Positions 47,610 through 58,430 of a stretch of DNA of 64,000 nucleotides are shown in pieces. The notes beneath the pieces were generated by a model. It was not told where the DNA came from. It ran no database searches and worked only from the letters and a program-made list of their open reading frames with translations. Within the stretch, counting starts at the first letter, position 1; each line of letters starts with the position of its first letter. This DNA comes from Candidatus Eiseniibacteriota bacterium (GTDB taxonomy: Bacteria > Eisenbacteria > RBG-16-71-46). Made by a program: the position numbers and the translations under genes. The stretch lies in contig JBGAOA010000007.1 in NCBI GenBank assembly GCA_044222065.1, positions 21,889 to 85,888 of the forward strand. The letters run 5' to 3'.

Positions 47610-48084
47610 TAGACCGCTTCCGCCGTCGCGACGACCGCGTCGGTGGAGTCGCTCTTCACTCCGTGTGCTCACCGTACGTCACGCGCACGGAACCTTCGAG
47701 ACACAGCAGCAGCTCTTCGCCGTGGTGATAGTGACGCTTGTCGCCGCCCGACATTCCGGGCGGCAGCTCGGCGAGCAGCATCTCGAGGTTGCGCTTCGGG
47801 TGGGCCGAGAGGACCTCGACCTTGGACGTGTTTCCGCCCACGTTCACGCGCGGCCTGTCGTTCGCGCGCACGACGTAGGGCACCTGCTCTTCCTCGACGA
47901 CCAGATACGCCACCGACGTGTTCAGCGCGTTGGCGAGGTCCTTGAGGGTGGTCAGCGAAGGGGACGTCCGGTCGTTTTCGACCTGACTGATGAAGCCCTT
48001 GGACAGCCCGCTGGCCGTGGCCAGCTGCTGCACCGTGAGTCCCCGTCGCAACCGGAGATCGCGAATCTTCCTTCCGAGTTGCAT
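47610..48084 (-). pseudogene. XRE HTH-cupin regulator with truncated cupin (apparent deletion and frameshift)
   Basis: HTH LATASGLSKGFISQVE and cupin motif 1 HHGEE are present. The stop at 47656 comes before cupin motif 2. An out-of-frame tail VKSDSTDAVVATAEAV* ends at 47610. Confidence 0.6.
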
Positions 48085-48131
48085 GGCCGCCTCCGTGGGG
48101 AGAGGTTGGCGACGGTGAACAGAGTTGAGAA

Positions 48132-48160
48132 ATGCTAGGAGAGGCCCATACCCCGGTCAA
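48132..48160 (-). promoter_or_regulatory. Sigma70 promoter of the XRE-cupin gene
   Basis: TTGACC-N17-TAGCAT, inside the 3' end of the ABC gene. Confidence 0.65.
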
Positions 48161-50039
48161 CGGAATTCGTGGTCGCCGGCAGGATTTCGAGCGTCTCGGG
48201 GGCCCGTGACGCGGGCCGGGCCAGGCGCCCCCCGAGCTGCTGGAGCTGGGACAGGCGGCTGTAGATGCCGCCGAGCGCGACCAGCTCCGCGTGGGTCCCG
48301 GACTCGCGCACCCGGCCGTGGTGGAGCACCACGATGCGGTCCACGTCCTGGATCGTCGAGAGCCGGTGCGCGATCACGAGGGCCGTGCGGTCGCGCATCA
48401 GGCGGCGGAGCGCGTCCTGGATCAGGGCTTCGGTGCGCACGTCGATGGACGACGTCGCCTCGTCGAGCACGAGGATCGCGGGATCGCGCGCGAGCGCGCG
48501 GGCGAAGGCGAGCAGCTGGCGCTGTCCGGTCGAGAGCGTCGCGCCGCGCTCGCGCACTTCGGCGTCGAAGCCGCCCGGGAGCGCGCGCACGAACTCCGCC
48601 GCGTGCACCTCCTCGGCCGCGCGCTCGAGCCGCTCGCGCGCGACGCCGTCACGATCGCCGAGGTTCGAGGCGACGGTGCCCGAGAACAGGAACACGTCCT
48701 GCGGCACGAGACCGAAGCGCTCGCGCAGCGCGCCCGCGTCCCAGGCGTCGAGCGGGCGGCCGTCCACGCGGATCGTGCCGCGCTGCGGCGCGTAGAAGCG
48801 CAGCAGCAGGTGGATCGCGGTCGTCTTGCCCGAGCCCGTCGCGCCGACGAGCGCGACCTTCTCGCCGGGCTCGACCGTGAACGACACGTCCTGCAGCACC
48901 CAGTTCTCGCCGTCGTAGGCGAACCACACGCGGTCGAACTCGATCCGCCCGAGTGCCGCGGCCGGAGCCGGCGCGCCGTCGCCGCCCGCCGCCGTGGCGG
49001 GAGACGCGGTCGCGACCGCCGTCGCGGGCACGAGTCCGTCGGCGGCGTCCACGGGCGTGTCGAGCAGGCCGAAGATGCGCTCGGACGACGCCATCGCCTG
49101 CTGCAGCACGCCGTACTTTTCGGACAGATCCGAGATCGGGCGGAAGAAGCGCTGCGTGTACTGGATGAACGCGACCAGGATGCCGAGCGTGAGGTCGGTC
49201 CACATCACCTGACGGCCGCCGTACCAGATGATCAGCGACAGCGCGAGCGCGCCGACGAGTTCCATGAGCGGGAAGAACAGCGCGTGGTAGAGCACCGACT
49301 GCAGGTTCGCGTCGCGGTGCGCCGCGTTGACCTCGCGGAACTGCTCGAAGTTGCGCGGCTCGCGGTTCAGCATCTGCACCGTGCTCATGCCGCCGAGGTT
49401 CTCGTTCAGGAACGAGTTCATGCGCGCGAGCCGCAGGCGCACGTCGCGGAACGAGCGCCGGATGCGCGAGCGGAACACGAGCGTGACGAGCGCGATGAGC
49501 GGCAGCACCGAGAACGTGACCGCGAGCAGCTCGGCGTTGAGGCTCACCATCGCGACCGTGATGCCGATCACGGCGACGAGGTCGCCGAACACCGCCACGA
49601 CGCCGGCCGTGACCATCTCGTTCAGCACGTCCACGTCGTGGGTCGCCCGCGTCATGAGCCGCCCGACCGGCGTCCTGTCGAAGTAGGGGACGGGCAACCG
49701 CTGCAGGTGGCGGAAGATGTCGAGCCGCAGGTCGCGCATCACGTTCTGGCCGACGCGCTGGATCGCCTGGCGCTGGAACCAGCCCACGACGAGGATCGCG
49801 ACGAGCACGAGACCGTAGAGCCCCGCGACGCGGTCGAGGTGGCCGAGGTCGCGGTTGCGGATGCCGTGGTCGATCGCTTCCTTCGTGAGCCACGGGCCGG
49901 CGAGCCCGAGCAGCGCTTCGACCACGACGAGCGAGCCCGCGAACACGACGTCGCCGAGGTACGGCCGCACGTAGCCGAGCAGCCGCCGCATCAGGCGGTG
50001 GTCGTACGGCCGTCCGTGTTCCTCGTCGTCGTGGCTCAC
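48135..50039 (-). CDS. ABC exporter half-transporter (MdlB/TM288-like)
   Basis: TMD plus GATGSGKT, degenerate signature LSTGQ, canonical LDEATS, IAHRLS. Confidence 0.92.
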   Translation of the reverse strand: MSHDDEEHGRPYDHRLMRRLLGYVRPYLGDVVFAGSLVVVEALLGLAGPWLTKEAIDHGIRNRDLGHLDRVAGLYGLVLVAILVVGWFQRQAIQRVGQNVMRDLRLDIFRHLQRLPVPYFDRTPVGRLMTRATHDVDVLNEMVTAGVVAVFGDLVAVIGITVAMVSLNAELLAVTFSVLPLIALVTLVFRSRIRRSFRDVRLRLARMNSFLNENLGGMSTVQMLNREPRNFEQFREVNAAHRDANLQSVLYHALFFPLMELVGALALSLIIWYGGRQVMWTDLTLGILVAFIQYTQRFFRPISDLSEKYGVLQQAMASSERIFGLLDTPVDAADGLVPATAVATASPATAAGGDGAPAPAAALGRIEFDRVWFAYDGENWVLQDVSFTVEPGEKVALVGATGSGKTTAIHLLLRFYAPQRGTIRVDGRPLDAWDAGALRERFGLVPQDVFLFSGTVASNLGDRDGVARERLERAAEEVHAAEFVRALPGGFDAEVRERGATLSTGQRQLLAFARALARDPAILVLDEATSSIDVRTEALIQDALRRLMRDRTALVIAHRLSTIQDVDRIVVLHHGRVRESGTHAELVALGGIYSRLSQLQQLGGRLARPASRAPETLEILPATTNSVDRGMGLS

Positions 50040-51781
50040 GAGGCCTCGAGCTCCTCTTCGATCTGCTGTTCTCGCGTGAGCCGAGCGTAGTGGCCGCCGA
50101 GCGCGAGCAGCTCGTCGTGCGTGCCCTGCTCGACGAGCGCGCCGCCGTCGAGCACGAAGATGCGGTCGGCATCGCGCACCGTGCTCACGCGGTGCGACAC
50201 GATGAGCGTCGTGCGGCGCGCGATCTCGGCCGAGAGCCCGCGCAGGATGCGCTCCTCGGTCTGCGTGTCCACGCTCGAGAGGCAGTCGTCGAGCAGCAGC
50301 ACGGGCGCATCCCGCAGCACGGCGCGCGCGATCGCGACGCGCTGCTTCTGGCCGCCCGAAAGCGTGATGCCGCGCTCGCCGACGAGCGTCTCGTAGCCGC
50401 GCGGGAAGCCGAGCACGTCGTCGTGCAGCCCGGCGATGCGGGCAGCGGCGGCGATCGCTTCGGGCGTCGCCTGCTCCGCGCCGTAGGCGATGTTCTCGGC
50501 GACCGTCGTCGAGAACAGGAACGTGTCCTGCGGAGCGGCCGCGACGCGGCGGCGCAGCCACGCGAGGTCGAGCGTGCGCACGTCGCGGCCGTCGAGCCGC
50601 ACGGCGCCCTCGGGCGGATCGAACACGCGCGTGAGCAGCGACAGCAGCGTGCTCTTGCCGCAACCCGTGCGCCCGACGATCGCGACCGTCGTGCCCGGCT
50701 CGACCGCGAGCGACACGCCGGAAAGCGCCGGGCGGTCGGCCCCGGGGTAGGTGAACGTGAGGTTGCGGAACTCGATCGCGCCGCGGCACTCGGCCGGCGA
50801 CACCGCGCCGGGCAGGTTCGCGACGCCGGGAGCGGCGTCGAACACCTGCGCGAGCCGGTCGAAGGACGCGCTGCCGCGCTGGAACAGGTTCACGACCCAG
50901 CCGAGCGCGACCATCGGCCAGTTCAGCATGCCGAGGTACACCGTGAACGCGACGTACTGTCCGAGCGTGATGCGTCCCGCGACGACCTCGCGGCCGCCGA
51001 CGTACAGCGCGAGCAGCGAGGCGAGGCCCGAGAAGAACGCGAGCGTCGGGTCGAAGAGCGCCGAGACGCGCGACAGATCCAGGCTCTTGCCGCGGTAGCG
51101 CTCGTTCAGCCGGCCGAAGTCCGCGACCTCGCGCGCCTCGTCGTGGAACGCGCGAACGACGCGCACGCCCGCGAGGTTCTCCTGCACGCGTGCGGACAGC
51201 TCGGCGAAGTCGGCCTGGATCTCTTCGAAGCGGCGGTGCGTGCGGTCGCCGAAGAACCACATCGTGAGCGACACGAACGGCAGCGGCAGCAGCGCGAACA
51301 GCGTGAGCCGCGGACTGATGTGCAGCATGAAGCCGACCGACACGATCGTCACGACGATCGTGTTGACGAGGTACATGATCGCCGGACCGATCATCATGCG
51401 CACCGCCGCGAGGTCGTTCGTCGCCCGCGCCATGAGGTCGCCCGTGCGGGTGCGCTGGAAGTAGTCGGCGCCGAGCCGCTGGAGGTGCGCGAAGAAGTCG
51501 TTGCGCAGGTCGAACTCGACGTGACGCGAGATGCCGATGACGATCTGCCGCATCACGAAGCGGAACGCGCCGGACGTGAGCGCGAGCGCGAACAGCAGCA
51601 CCGCGTAGCGGCCGAGCTTCGCGGCGGTGACGCCCTTGTAGAGGTCGTCCACCGACAGGCGCAGCACCTGGGGCTGCGCGAGCGCGACCAGATTCGCGAT
51701 CGCGACACAGACGAGGCCGAGCGCGAGGCCGCCGCGGTAGCGGGCGAGGTAGGGAAGCAGGCGTTCGCGCAGCGGACCCAC
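50036..51781 (-). CDS. ABC exporter half-transporter (MdlA/TM287-like)
   Basis: TMD plus GRTGCGKS, LSGGQ, degenerate Walker B LDDCLS. Confidence 0.92.
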   Translation of the reverse strand: MGPLRERLLPYLARYRGGLALGLVCVAIANLVALAQPQVLRLSVDDLYKGVTAAKLGRYAVLLFALALTSGAFRFVMRQIVIGISRHVEFDLRNDFFAHLQRLGADYFQRTRTGDLMARATNDLAAVRMMIGPAIMYLVNTIVVTIVSVGFMLHISPRLTLFALLPLPFVSLTMWFFGDRTHRRFEEIQADFAELSARVQENLAGVRVVRAFHDEAREVADFGRLNERYRGKSLDLSRVSALFDPTLAFFSGLASLLALYVGGREVVAGRITLGQYVAFTVYLGMLNWPMVALGWVVNLFQRGSASFDRLAQVFDAAPGVANLPGAVSPAECRGAIEFRNLTFTYPGADRPALSGVSLAVEPGTTVAIVGRTGCGKSTLLSLLTRVFDPPEGAVRLDGRDVRTLDLAWLRRRVAAAPQDTFLFSTTVAENIAYGAEQATPEAIAAAARIAGLHDDVLGFPRGYETLVGERGITLSGGQKQRVAIARAVLRDAPVLLLDDCLSSVDTQTEERILRGLSAEIARRTTLIVSHRVSTVRDADRIFVLDGGALVEQGTHDELLALGGHYARLTREQQIEEELEAS

Positions 51782-51784
51782 GGC

Positions 51785-51935
51785 CTAGGCTCCGTGAGAA
51801 GCGCCGGTGGCTCGACCCGCCTTCGGCGGATGCCCGGCTCGGTCGTTCATCTCTGCGGAGTCTCCAGCGGCTGCGCCTCCCGGGCGCCCACGCGGAGCGT
51901 GGGGCGCGCTTCCTCGCCGCACGGCTCTCGGCCCC
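51785..51935 (-). ncRNA. Candidate structured ncRNA, 6S RNA-like
   Basis: Nested pairings CCGTG/CACGG, GAAGCGC/GCGCTTC and GCCCGG/CCGGGC form a rod with a central bubble and side hairpins. Strand not certain. Confidence 0.4.
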
Positions 51936-51985
51936 TCACGCGGAGCGTGCCGCGCCGCGAGCGCGGCGGACCCGCAGGAGCGGAC

Positions 51986-52948
51986 TCAGGGGTTCTTCTT
52001 GCCGCCGAGGAAGCCCTGCAGGCGATTGAGCTTCGTGTTGCGGAACGCGACCCCGGCGTAGAACTGGTCGGAGTGCAGCGCGTTCGACGCGATCGCGCTG
52101 TGGAGCGAACCCACGTACACGTCCACGAAGTCGTCCACCCGGTACAGGATCATCGGGCCGGCGAGGTGACGGTCCAGCTCGTGCGCGAGCGTCACACCGT
52201 CGCCGATCGCCATCTCGCCCTCGTAGCGGCCGGCGACGAGCAGCGAGGAGCCGAGCCACAGCCCGAGGTTCGCGCGCATCAGCAGCTGGTCGCCCATGTG
52301 CTCGAAGTAGTAGCGGTAGCCGCCGCCCGCCTCGAGGAACCCGCGCACGCCCGGCAGCGACGCGCCGTACCACAGCACGCCCTGCACCGACTGTTCGCCC
52401 TCGCCGAGGGCGGGCCGGCCGCCGAACCGCGAGACGTTCACCGAGTCGGACTCCGACGCGCCCGCGTAGAAGATCGTGTCCACGAGCGCGAGTTCCGAAT
52501 CCGAGAACGGCTTCAGGCGCGAGTAGCCGAGCGGAGCGTTCCAGCTCGCCTCGAGCGACACGACGCTCGCGCCGCCGCCCGCCAGCTTGCGGCGCAGGCC
52601 GAGGTTCAAGTCGCCGAAGCCGGTTTCGCTCGGGAACGCGCCGAGCGGATCGGCGAGACGGCGCGACGCGCTCGACCACGGCAGCGAGAAGAACACGCTC
52701 GTGGACTTCTTCCAGCCGAGTTCGGCCGACCAGGTCGCGTCGCGGCGCTCGTACAGGCCGCCGAAGGGCAGGATGACGCGGTCGCCGTCGGCGTTGTGGA
52801 AGTCGTCCGACGACAGGCGCGAGCCGCGGATCTCGGTGAACTGCTCGCCCGGAGCGGGCATCCACGCGCCGGCGCGGGCGGCGGCGGGCGCGAGCGCGGC
52901 GACGACGGCCGCGACGGAGAACAGGGCGATGGCGGAACGCGTGCGCAT
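51986..52948 (-). CDS. Hypothetical outer-membrane beta-barrel-like protein
   Basis: Signal peptide ARA|GAW, GFGDLNLGLR, alternating beta-strand patterns; GAGGAGG RBS; TTGCGG-N18-TAGTCT upstream. Confidence 0.7.
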   Translation of the reverse strand: MRTRSAIALFSVAAVVAALAPAAARAGAWMPAPGEQFTEIRGSRLSSDDFHNADGDRVILPFGGLYERRDATWSAELGWKKSTSVFFSLPWSSASRRLADPLGAFPSETGFGDLNLGLRRKLAGGGASVVSLEASWNAPLGYSRLKPFSDSELALVDTIFYAGASESDSVNVSRFGGRPALGEGEQSVQGVLWYGASLPGVRGFLEAGGGYRYYFEHMGDQLLMRANLGLWLGSSLLVAGRYEGEMAIGDGVTLAHELDRHLAGPMILYRVDDFVDVYVGSLHSAIASNALHSDQFYAGVAFRNTKLNRLQGFLGGKKNP

Positions 52949-53110
52949 GGAAAGGACGAATGCCTCCTCGATCCGGTCGGTCGGGTTGAAGTCGCGGGAG
53001 ACTAGCCGCCGGGCCGCCGCCGCCGCAAGGCCGCCGGTGCCCCGTGCGCGCGGCCCGCGCGGACGCGTCGCGTCGCGCGACGCACCCCGAGTGTGGCAGT
53101 CTCCCGGCGC

Positions 53111-54100
53111 ATGGCGATTCGAATCCTCGAATACGTGCGGTCCAAGGACGGCTTCTGGAACCTGCCGGGCCACCTCGTGGACGCGATGCGCAAGGAGTTC
53201 CCCGAGGTCGAGTTCTACTCGGCGCGCGATCGCGACGACGCCGATCGCGGCCTGATGCACGCGGACGCCGTGCTCGGCCCGGCGGTGAACGCCCAGAACC
53301 TGCCCGTCGCCCGCAAGCTGCGCTGGATCCACGTGCTGTCGGCGGCCGTCAACGGCATCGCGTTCCCCGCGCTCGCCGATCGCGGCATCACGCTCACGAA
53401 CGCGCGCGGGCTCCACGCCGAGCCGATGGCCGAGCACGTGATGGGCGTGATCCTCGGCTTCCACCGCAAGCTCCACCTCGCGCGCGACGCGCAGGCGAAG
53501 CACGACTGGGCGCAGATGCGGCTGTGGCGCGAGCCGCCCGAGATCGGCGGCCTGTGGGGCGCGACGCTCGGCATCGTGGGCTTCGGCGCGATCGGCGCCG
53601 CGGTCGCGCGCGTCGCGAAGCCGTTCGGCATGCGCGTGCTCGCGCTGCGCCGCCGCCCGTCCGCCGATCCCGCGCCCGCCGACGCGCAGTGGGGACCGGA
53701 GCGGCTCGGCGACCTGCTCGCGCAGTCGGACGTCGTCGTGCTCGCGCCGCCGCTCACGCCGCGCACCGAGGGCATGGTCGGCCGCGCGCAGCTCGGCCGC
53801 ATGAAGCGCAACGCGCTGCTCGTCAACGTCGGACGCGGCGCGCTCGTGGACGAGGCGGCGCTGATCGACGCGCTGCGTCACGGCCGGCTCGCGGGAGCGG
53901 CGCTCGACGTGACGCTCGACGAGCCGCTGCCCGCGACGAGCCCGCTCTGGGACATGCCGAACATCATCCTGACGCCGCACATCTCGGGGCTCAGGCCGCG
54001 CTACTGGGAAGAGGCGCTCGTCACGTACCGCTCGAACCTGCGCGCGTTCCTCGAGGGACGGCCGCTGCAGAACGTGGTGGACGTGCGGGAAGGCTATTGA
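53111..54100 (+). CDS. D-2-hydroxyacid dehydrogenase
   Basis: GFGAIG, NVGRG, LDVTLDEPLP, TPHISG. Confidence 0.93.
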   Translation: MAIRILEYVRSKDGFWNLPGHLVDAMRKEFPEVEFYSARDRDDADRGLMHADAVLGPAVNAQNLPVARKLRWIHVLSAAVNGIAFPALADRGITLTNARGLHAEPMAEHVMGVILGFHRKLHLARDAQAKHDWAQMRLWREPPEIGGLWGATLGIVGFGAIGAAVARVAKPFGMRVLALRRRPSADPAPADAQWGPERLGDLLAQSDVVVLAPPLTPRTEGMVGRAQLGRMKRNALLVNVGRGALVDEAALIDALRHGRLAGAALDVTLDEPLPATSPLWDMPNIILTPHISGLRPRYWEEALVTYRSNLRAFLEGRPLQNVVDVREGY

Positions 54101-54700
54101 GCGGCGCTCGCCCGCTCGGCGCCGTGCTCGCGGGCGGGCGCGGCGAGCGGCTCGGGCTCGGCGTGCCGAAGGCGCTCGCGACGCTCGACGGCGACGCGCT
54201 CGTGGACCGCGCCGCGCGCACGCTCGCCGTCCTGTGCGACGAGGTCGCGATCGTGGCGCCCGCGCCCGTGAGCGCATTGCTCGCGCCGCGCCCATGCCTC
54301 GCCGACGCCGCGGGCTTCGAAGGTCCGCTCGCCGGATTGCTCGCGGCGCTCGAACTCGCGGGGGCGCGCGAGTGCCTCGTGCTCGGCGTGGACCTGCCGT
54401 TCGTCACCGCCGCGCTCGTCGCGGAACTCGCGGCGCGGCGCCGCGCCTCGGGAGCGCTCGTGGCGCTCGCCGCTCCCGAGGACGTGCCGCAGCCGCTCGT
54501 GGCGGCGTTCGCGCCCGGCGTCGCGCCGCGCGTGCGCGCGGCGCTCGAGCGCGGCGTGCGCGCGCTGCGCGAGGGCATCCAGGAACTCGAGCCGCTCGTG
54601 CTGCGCGGCGACGAAGCCCTGGCGCTGCCGGGCGGCGAGGCGGCGCGTTCCTGAACGTGAACACGTTCGACGACCTGCTGCAGCGCCGCGCAGCGCGCGG
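54097..54700 (+). CDS. mobA: Molybdenum cofactor guanylyltransferase, frameshifted near the 3' end
   Basis: VLAGGRGERLG..KA, GPLAGL, VDLPF, QPL. The terminal FLNVNTFDDL is out of frame after about 54645; true end uncertain. Confidence 0.8.
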
Positions 54701-54808
54701 CGGCGGACGCGCGACGCGCGCACGCGCCGCGGCGCGAGCGCAGCGCCGCTGCACGACGGCACGCCCGGCCGGCTCGCGGGCCCGCTCGACCGCCTCAAGC
54801 CGCACGCC

Positions 54809-56074
54809 GTGCTCGAGGCGCTGCGCGCGCTGGAACCCGCCGCTCGCGCCTGCTGGCTCTACGACCTCGACGCCGTGCGCGCGCGCGCGCCGGTGGCCGT
54901 GTTCGCGGACGCGAACGCGCTCGTCGCGTACGCGCTCAAGGCGAACGCGCTACCCGCGCTGCTCGAAGCGCTCGCCGCCGAAGGGCTCGGCGCCGACGCC
55001 GTGTCGCTCGGCGAACTCGCGCTCGCGGCCGCCGCGGGCTTCGACGCCTCGCGCCGCGTGCTGAACGGCAACGGCCGCACGCCCGAGGAGGCGGCGTGGG
55101 TCGCGCGCGAGGGCGTGCACTCGGTGAACGCCGACGGCATCGGCGAGCTCGACGTGCTCGAACGCGCGGCGGCCGCGGCCGGTGCGCGCGTGCGCGTCGC
55201 GCTGCGCGTCAATCCGAACGTGGACGCGCCGACGCACCGTCACATCGCGACCGGCGACGACGAGGCGAAGTTCGGCGTGGACGCGGCCGACGCGCTCGCC
55301 GCACTCGCCGCGCGCGCGCGCTGGCCGCACCTCGCGCTCGAGGGCCTGCACGTGCACGTCGGCTCGCAGCTGCTCGACACGGCGCCGCTCGAAGCCGCGC
55401 TCGCGTTCGCCCTCGACGTCGCGGCCGAAAGCGCGCGGCGCGGCGCGCCGATCGCGTTCGTCAACGCCGGCGGCGGCTTCGGCATCGACTACGAGGGCCG
55501 CGGCCGCGAGTTCCCGGTCGAGCGCTGGGCCGCGCGCCTCGCGGCGGCCGCGCGCGAGCGCCGCATCGCGTTCGTCGTCGAGCCGGGGCGCTGGCTCGTC
55601 GGCCCGAACGGCTGGCTGCTCGCCGAGGTGCTGTCGGTGAAGGTGCGCGACGGCCGCCGCTTCGTGACGCTCGCGGCCGGCATGAACGACCTGATCCGCC
55701 CCGCACTCTACGGCGCGCGCCACCGCATGGCGCTCGCGCGCGAAGGCGCGCCCGCGCGTTTCGTCGCCGATCTTCCGGACGCATCGCCGCCCGCGAGCGT
55801 CGTCGGCCCCGTGTGCGAGAGCGCCGACGTGTTCGCCGCCGACGTCGCGCTGCCCGAAATCGCGGCCGGCGACTGCGTCGCGATCGCGGATGCCGGCGCC
55901 TACGGCGCGAGCATGTCGTCGAACTACAACGCGCGCGGCCGGCTCGCGGAACTCGTGTGGCTGGAAGGACGGCTCGTGCGCGCGCGTGCGGGGGAGACGG
56001 CTCGCGACCTCGTGCTCCGTCGCGCGTCCGATCCGCTCGCGCTTCCGGACTCACCGCCGGGCTCAGGCGCCTAA
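54809..56074 (+). CDS. lysA: Diaminopimelate decarboxylase (start uncertain)
   Basis: YALKAN, HIATG..KFG, HVGSQ, GGGFG, EPGR, GPVCESAD, GAYGASMSSNYN. Confidence 0.9.
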   Translation: MLEALRALEPAARACWLYDLDAVRARAPVAVFADANALVAYALKANALPALLEALAAEGLGADAVSLGELALAAAAGFDASRRVLNGNGRTPEEAAWVAREGVHSVNADGIGELDVLERAAAAAGARVRVALRVNPNVDAPTHRHIATGDDEAKFGVDAADALAALAARARWPHLALEGLHVHVGSQLLDTAPLEAALAFALDVAAESARRGAPIAFVNAGGGFGIDYEGRGREFPVERWAARLAAAARERRIAFVVEPGRWLVGPNGWLLAEVLSVKVRDGRRFVTLAAGMNDLIRPALYGARHRMALAREGAPARFVADLPDASPPASVVGPVCESADVFAADVALPEIAAGDCVAIADAGAYGASMSSNYNARGRLAELVWLEGRLVRARAGETARDLVLRRASDPLALPDSPPGSGA

Positions 56075-56238
56075 TAAGTAGAGGCGCCCGTGACCCGCTC
56101 TTGACACTCGCTCGGGGGCGCGGCGAGACTGCGTCCGCTCACGTCTCTTGCGCTTCGCGAGCGTGCGCGTCGAACACATTGTGAAACATGGCGCAAAGTC
56201 CGCCGCGCGCGGATGCGCCTTCTCACGCGAGGTTCTCC

Positions 56239-56988
56239 GTGATTCAGGTCGTGTGCATCAAGCAGGTGGCGGACACCGAGACGCGAGTCAAGGTGAGCGC
56301 CGACGGCAAGTGGCTCGATCCGGCCGGCGTCACGTGGATCATGAACCCGTACGACGAGTTCGCGATCGAGCAGGCGCTGCTCGTGAAGGAAAAGCTCGGC
56401 GCGGGCGAGGTGGTGGTGGTGACGCTCGGCGGCGCCGGCGCGCAGGCGACGATGCGCAACGCGCTCGCGATGGGCGCGGACCGCGGCATTCACCTCAAGC
56501 ACGACGGCGGACTCGATCCGCTGTCGGTCGCGCGCGCGATCGCGGGCGTGGTGAAGGATCTCGGCGCGTCGCTCGTGTGGTTCGGCAAGCAGGCCGTGGA
56601 CGGCGACTCGTCGCAGGTCGGCCCGATGGTCGGGGAACTGCTCGAGCTGCCGTGCGTGACGGGCATCACGACGTTCGCGCTCGAAGGCGACGCGGTGAAG
56701 GTCGAGCGCGAGTTCGAAGGCGGCGTCGAGGTCGTCGAGGCGAAGCTGCCCGCCGTGCTGACGACCGACAAGGGCCTCAACCAGCCGCGCTTCGCGTCGC
56801 TCAAGGGCATCATGGCCGCGAAGAAGAAGCCGATCGAAGAGCGCGCCGTGACGGCGGGGCCGCCGACGCTCGACGTGCTCGCCATGGAACTTCCGCCCGC
56901 GCGCAAGAACGGCCGCATCGTCGGCCAGGGCGCGGAAGCGGTCACCGAACTGGTCCGCGTGCTGCGCGAAGAAGCGCAGGTCATCTAG
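56239..56988 (+). CDS. etfB: Electron transfer flavoprotein beta subunit
   Basis: CIKQVAD, MNPYDEFAIE, ALAMGAD, GKQAVDGD, PRFASLKGIMAAKKK. Confidence 0.95.
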   Translation: MIQVVCIKQVADTETRVKVSADGKWLDPAGVTWIMNPYDEFAIEQALLVKEKLGAGEVVVVTLGGAGAQATMRNALAMGADRGIHLKHDGGLDPLSVARAIAGVVKDLGASLVWFGKQAVDGDSSQVGPMVGELLELPCVTGITTFALEGDAVKVEREFEGGVEVVEAKLPAVLTTDKGLNQPRFASLKGIMAAKKKPIEERAVTAGPPTLDVLAMELPPARKNGRIVGQGAEAVTELVRVLREEAQVI

Positions 56989-56998
56989 GGAGGGCGCG

Positions 56999-57976
<978 letters not shown>

Positions 57977-57986
57977 GCGCGCGACC

Positions 57987-58015
57987 TTGACCCTCGTGAA
58001 GGGGGTCGCTAGGGT
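57987..58015 (+). promoter_or_regulatory. Sigma70 promoter of the nuo operon
   Basis: TTGACC-N17-TAGGGT. Confidence 0.65.
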
Positions 58016-58051
58016 GCGCACGTTTCGATTCCGTCGAGGTGTGGGGGAAGC

Positions 58052-58405
58052 GTGGTCCAGTATCTGCCGATCCTGATGTTCCTCATCGTCGCGTTCCTGT
58101 TCGCGGCGGGAACGATCGCGATGTCCACCTTCATCGTTCCGCGACGCTCGTCGCCGACGAAGGACAGCGCCTACGAGTGCGGCGTGGACCCCGTGGGCAA
58201 CGCCCGCGCGCGGTTCACGATCAAGTTCTACCTCGTCGCCGTGCTGTTCATCCTGTTCGACATCGAAGCGGTGTTTCTCTATCCGTGGGCCGTGGCCTTC
58301 AAGCAGCTCGGGCTGTACGGGCTCGTCGAGATGCTGCTGTTCATCGCGATCCTGCTCGTCGGCTACCTGTACCTGCTGAAGAAGCGCGCGCTGGAATGGG
58401 ACTGA
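58052..58405 (+). CDS. nuoA: NADH-quinone oxidoreductase subunit A
   Basis: YECG, FILFDIE, LYPWA, ALEWD. Confidence 0.97.
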   Translation: MVQYLPILMFLIVAFLFAAGTIAMSTFIVPRRSSPTKDSAYECGVDPVGNARARFTIKFYLVAVLFILFDIEAVFLYPWAVAFKQLGLYGLVEMLLFIAILLVGYLYLLKKRALEWD

Positions 58406-58430
58406 CGGGGCCGAGGAGGACGCTGACGCG

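Noticed and set aside
48135..51781. Degenerate Walker B and signature motifs in the ABC pair
   Set aside because: Normal asymmetry of heterodimeric TM287/288-type exporters.
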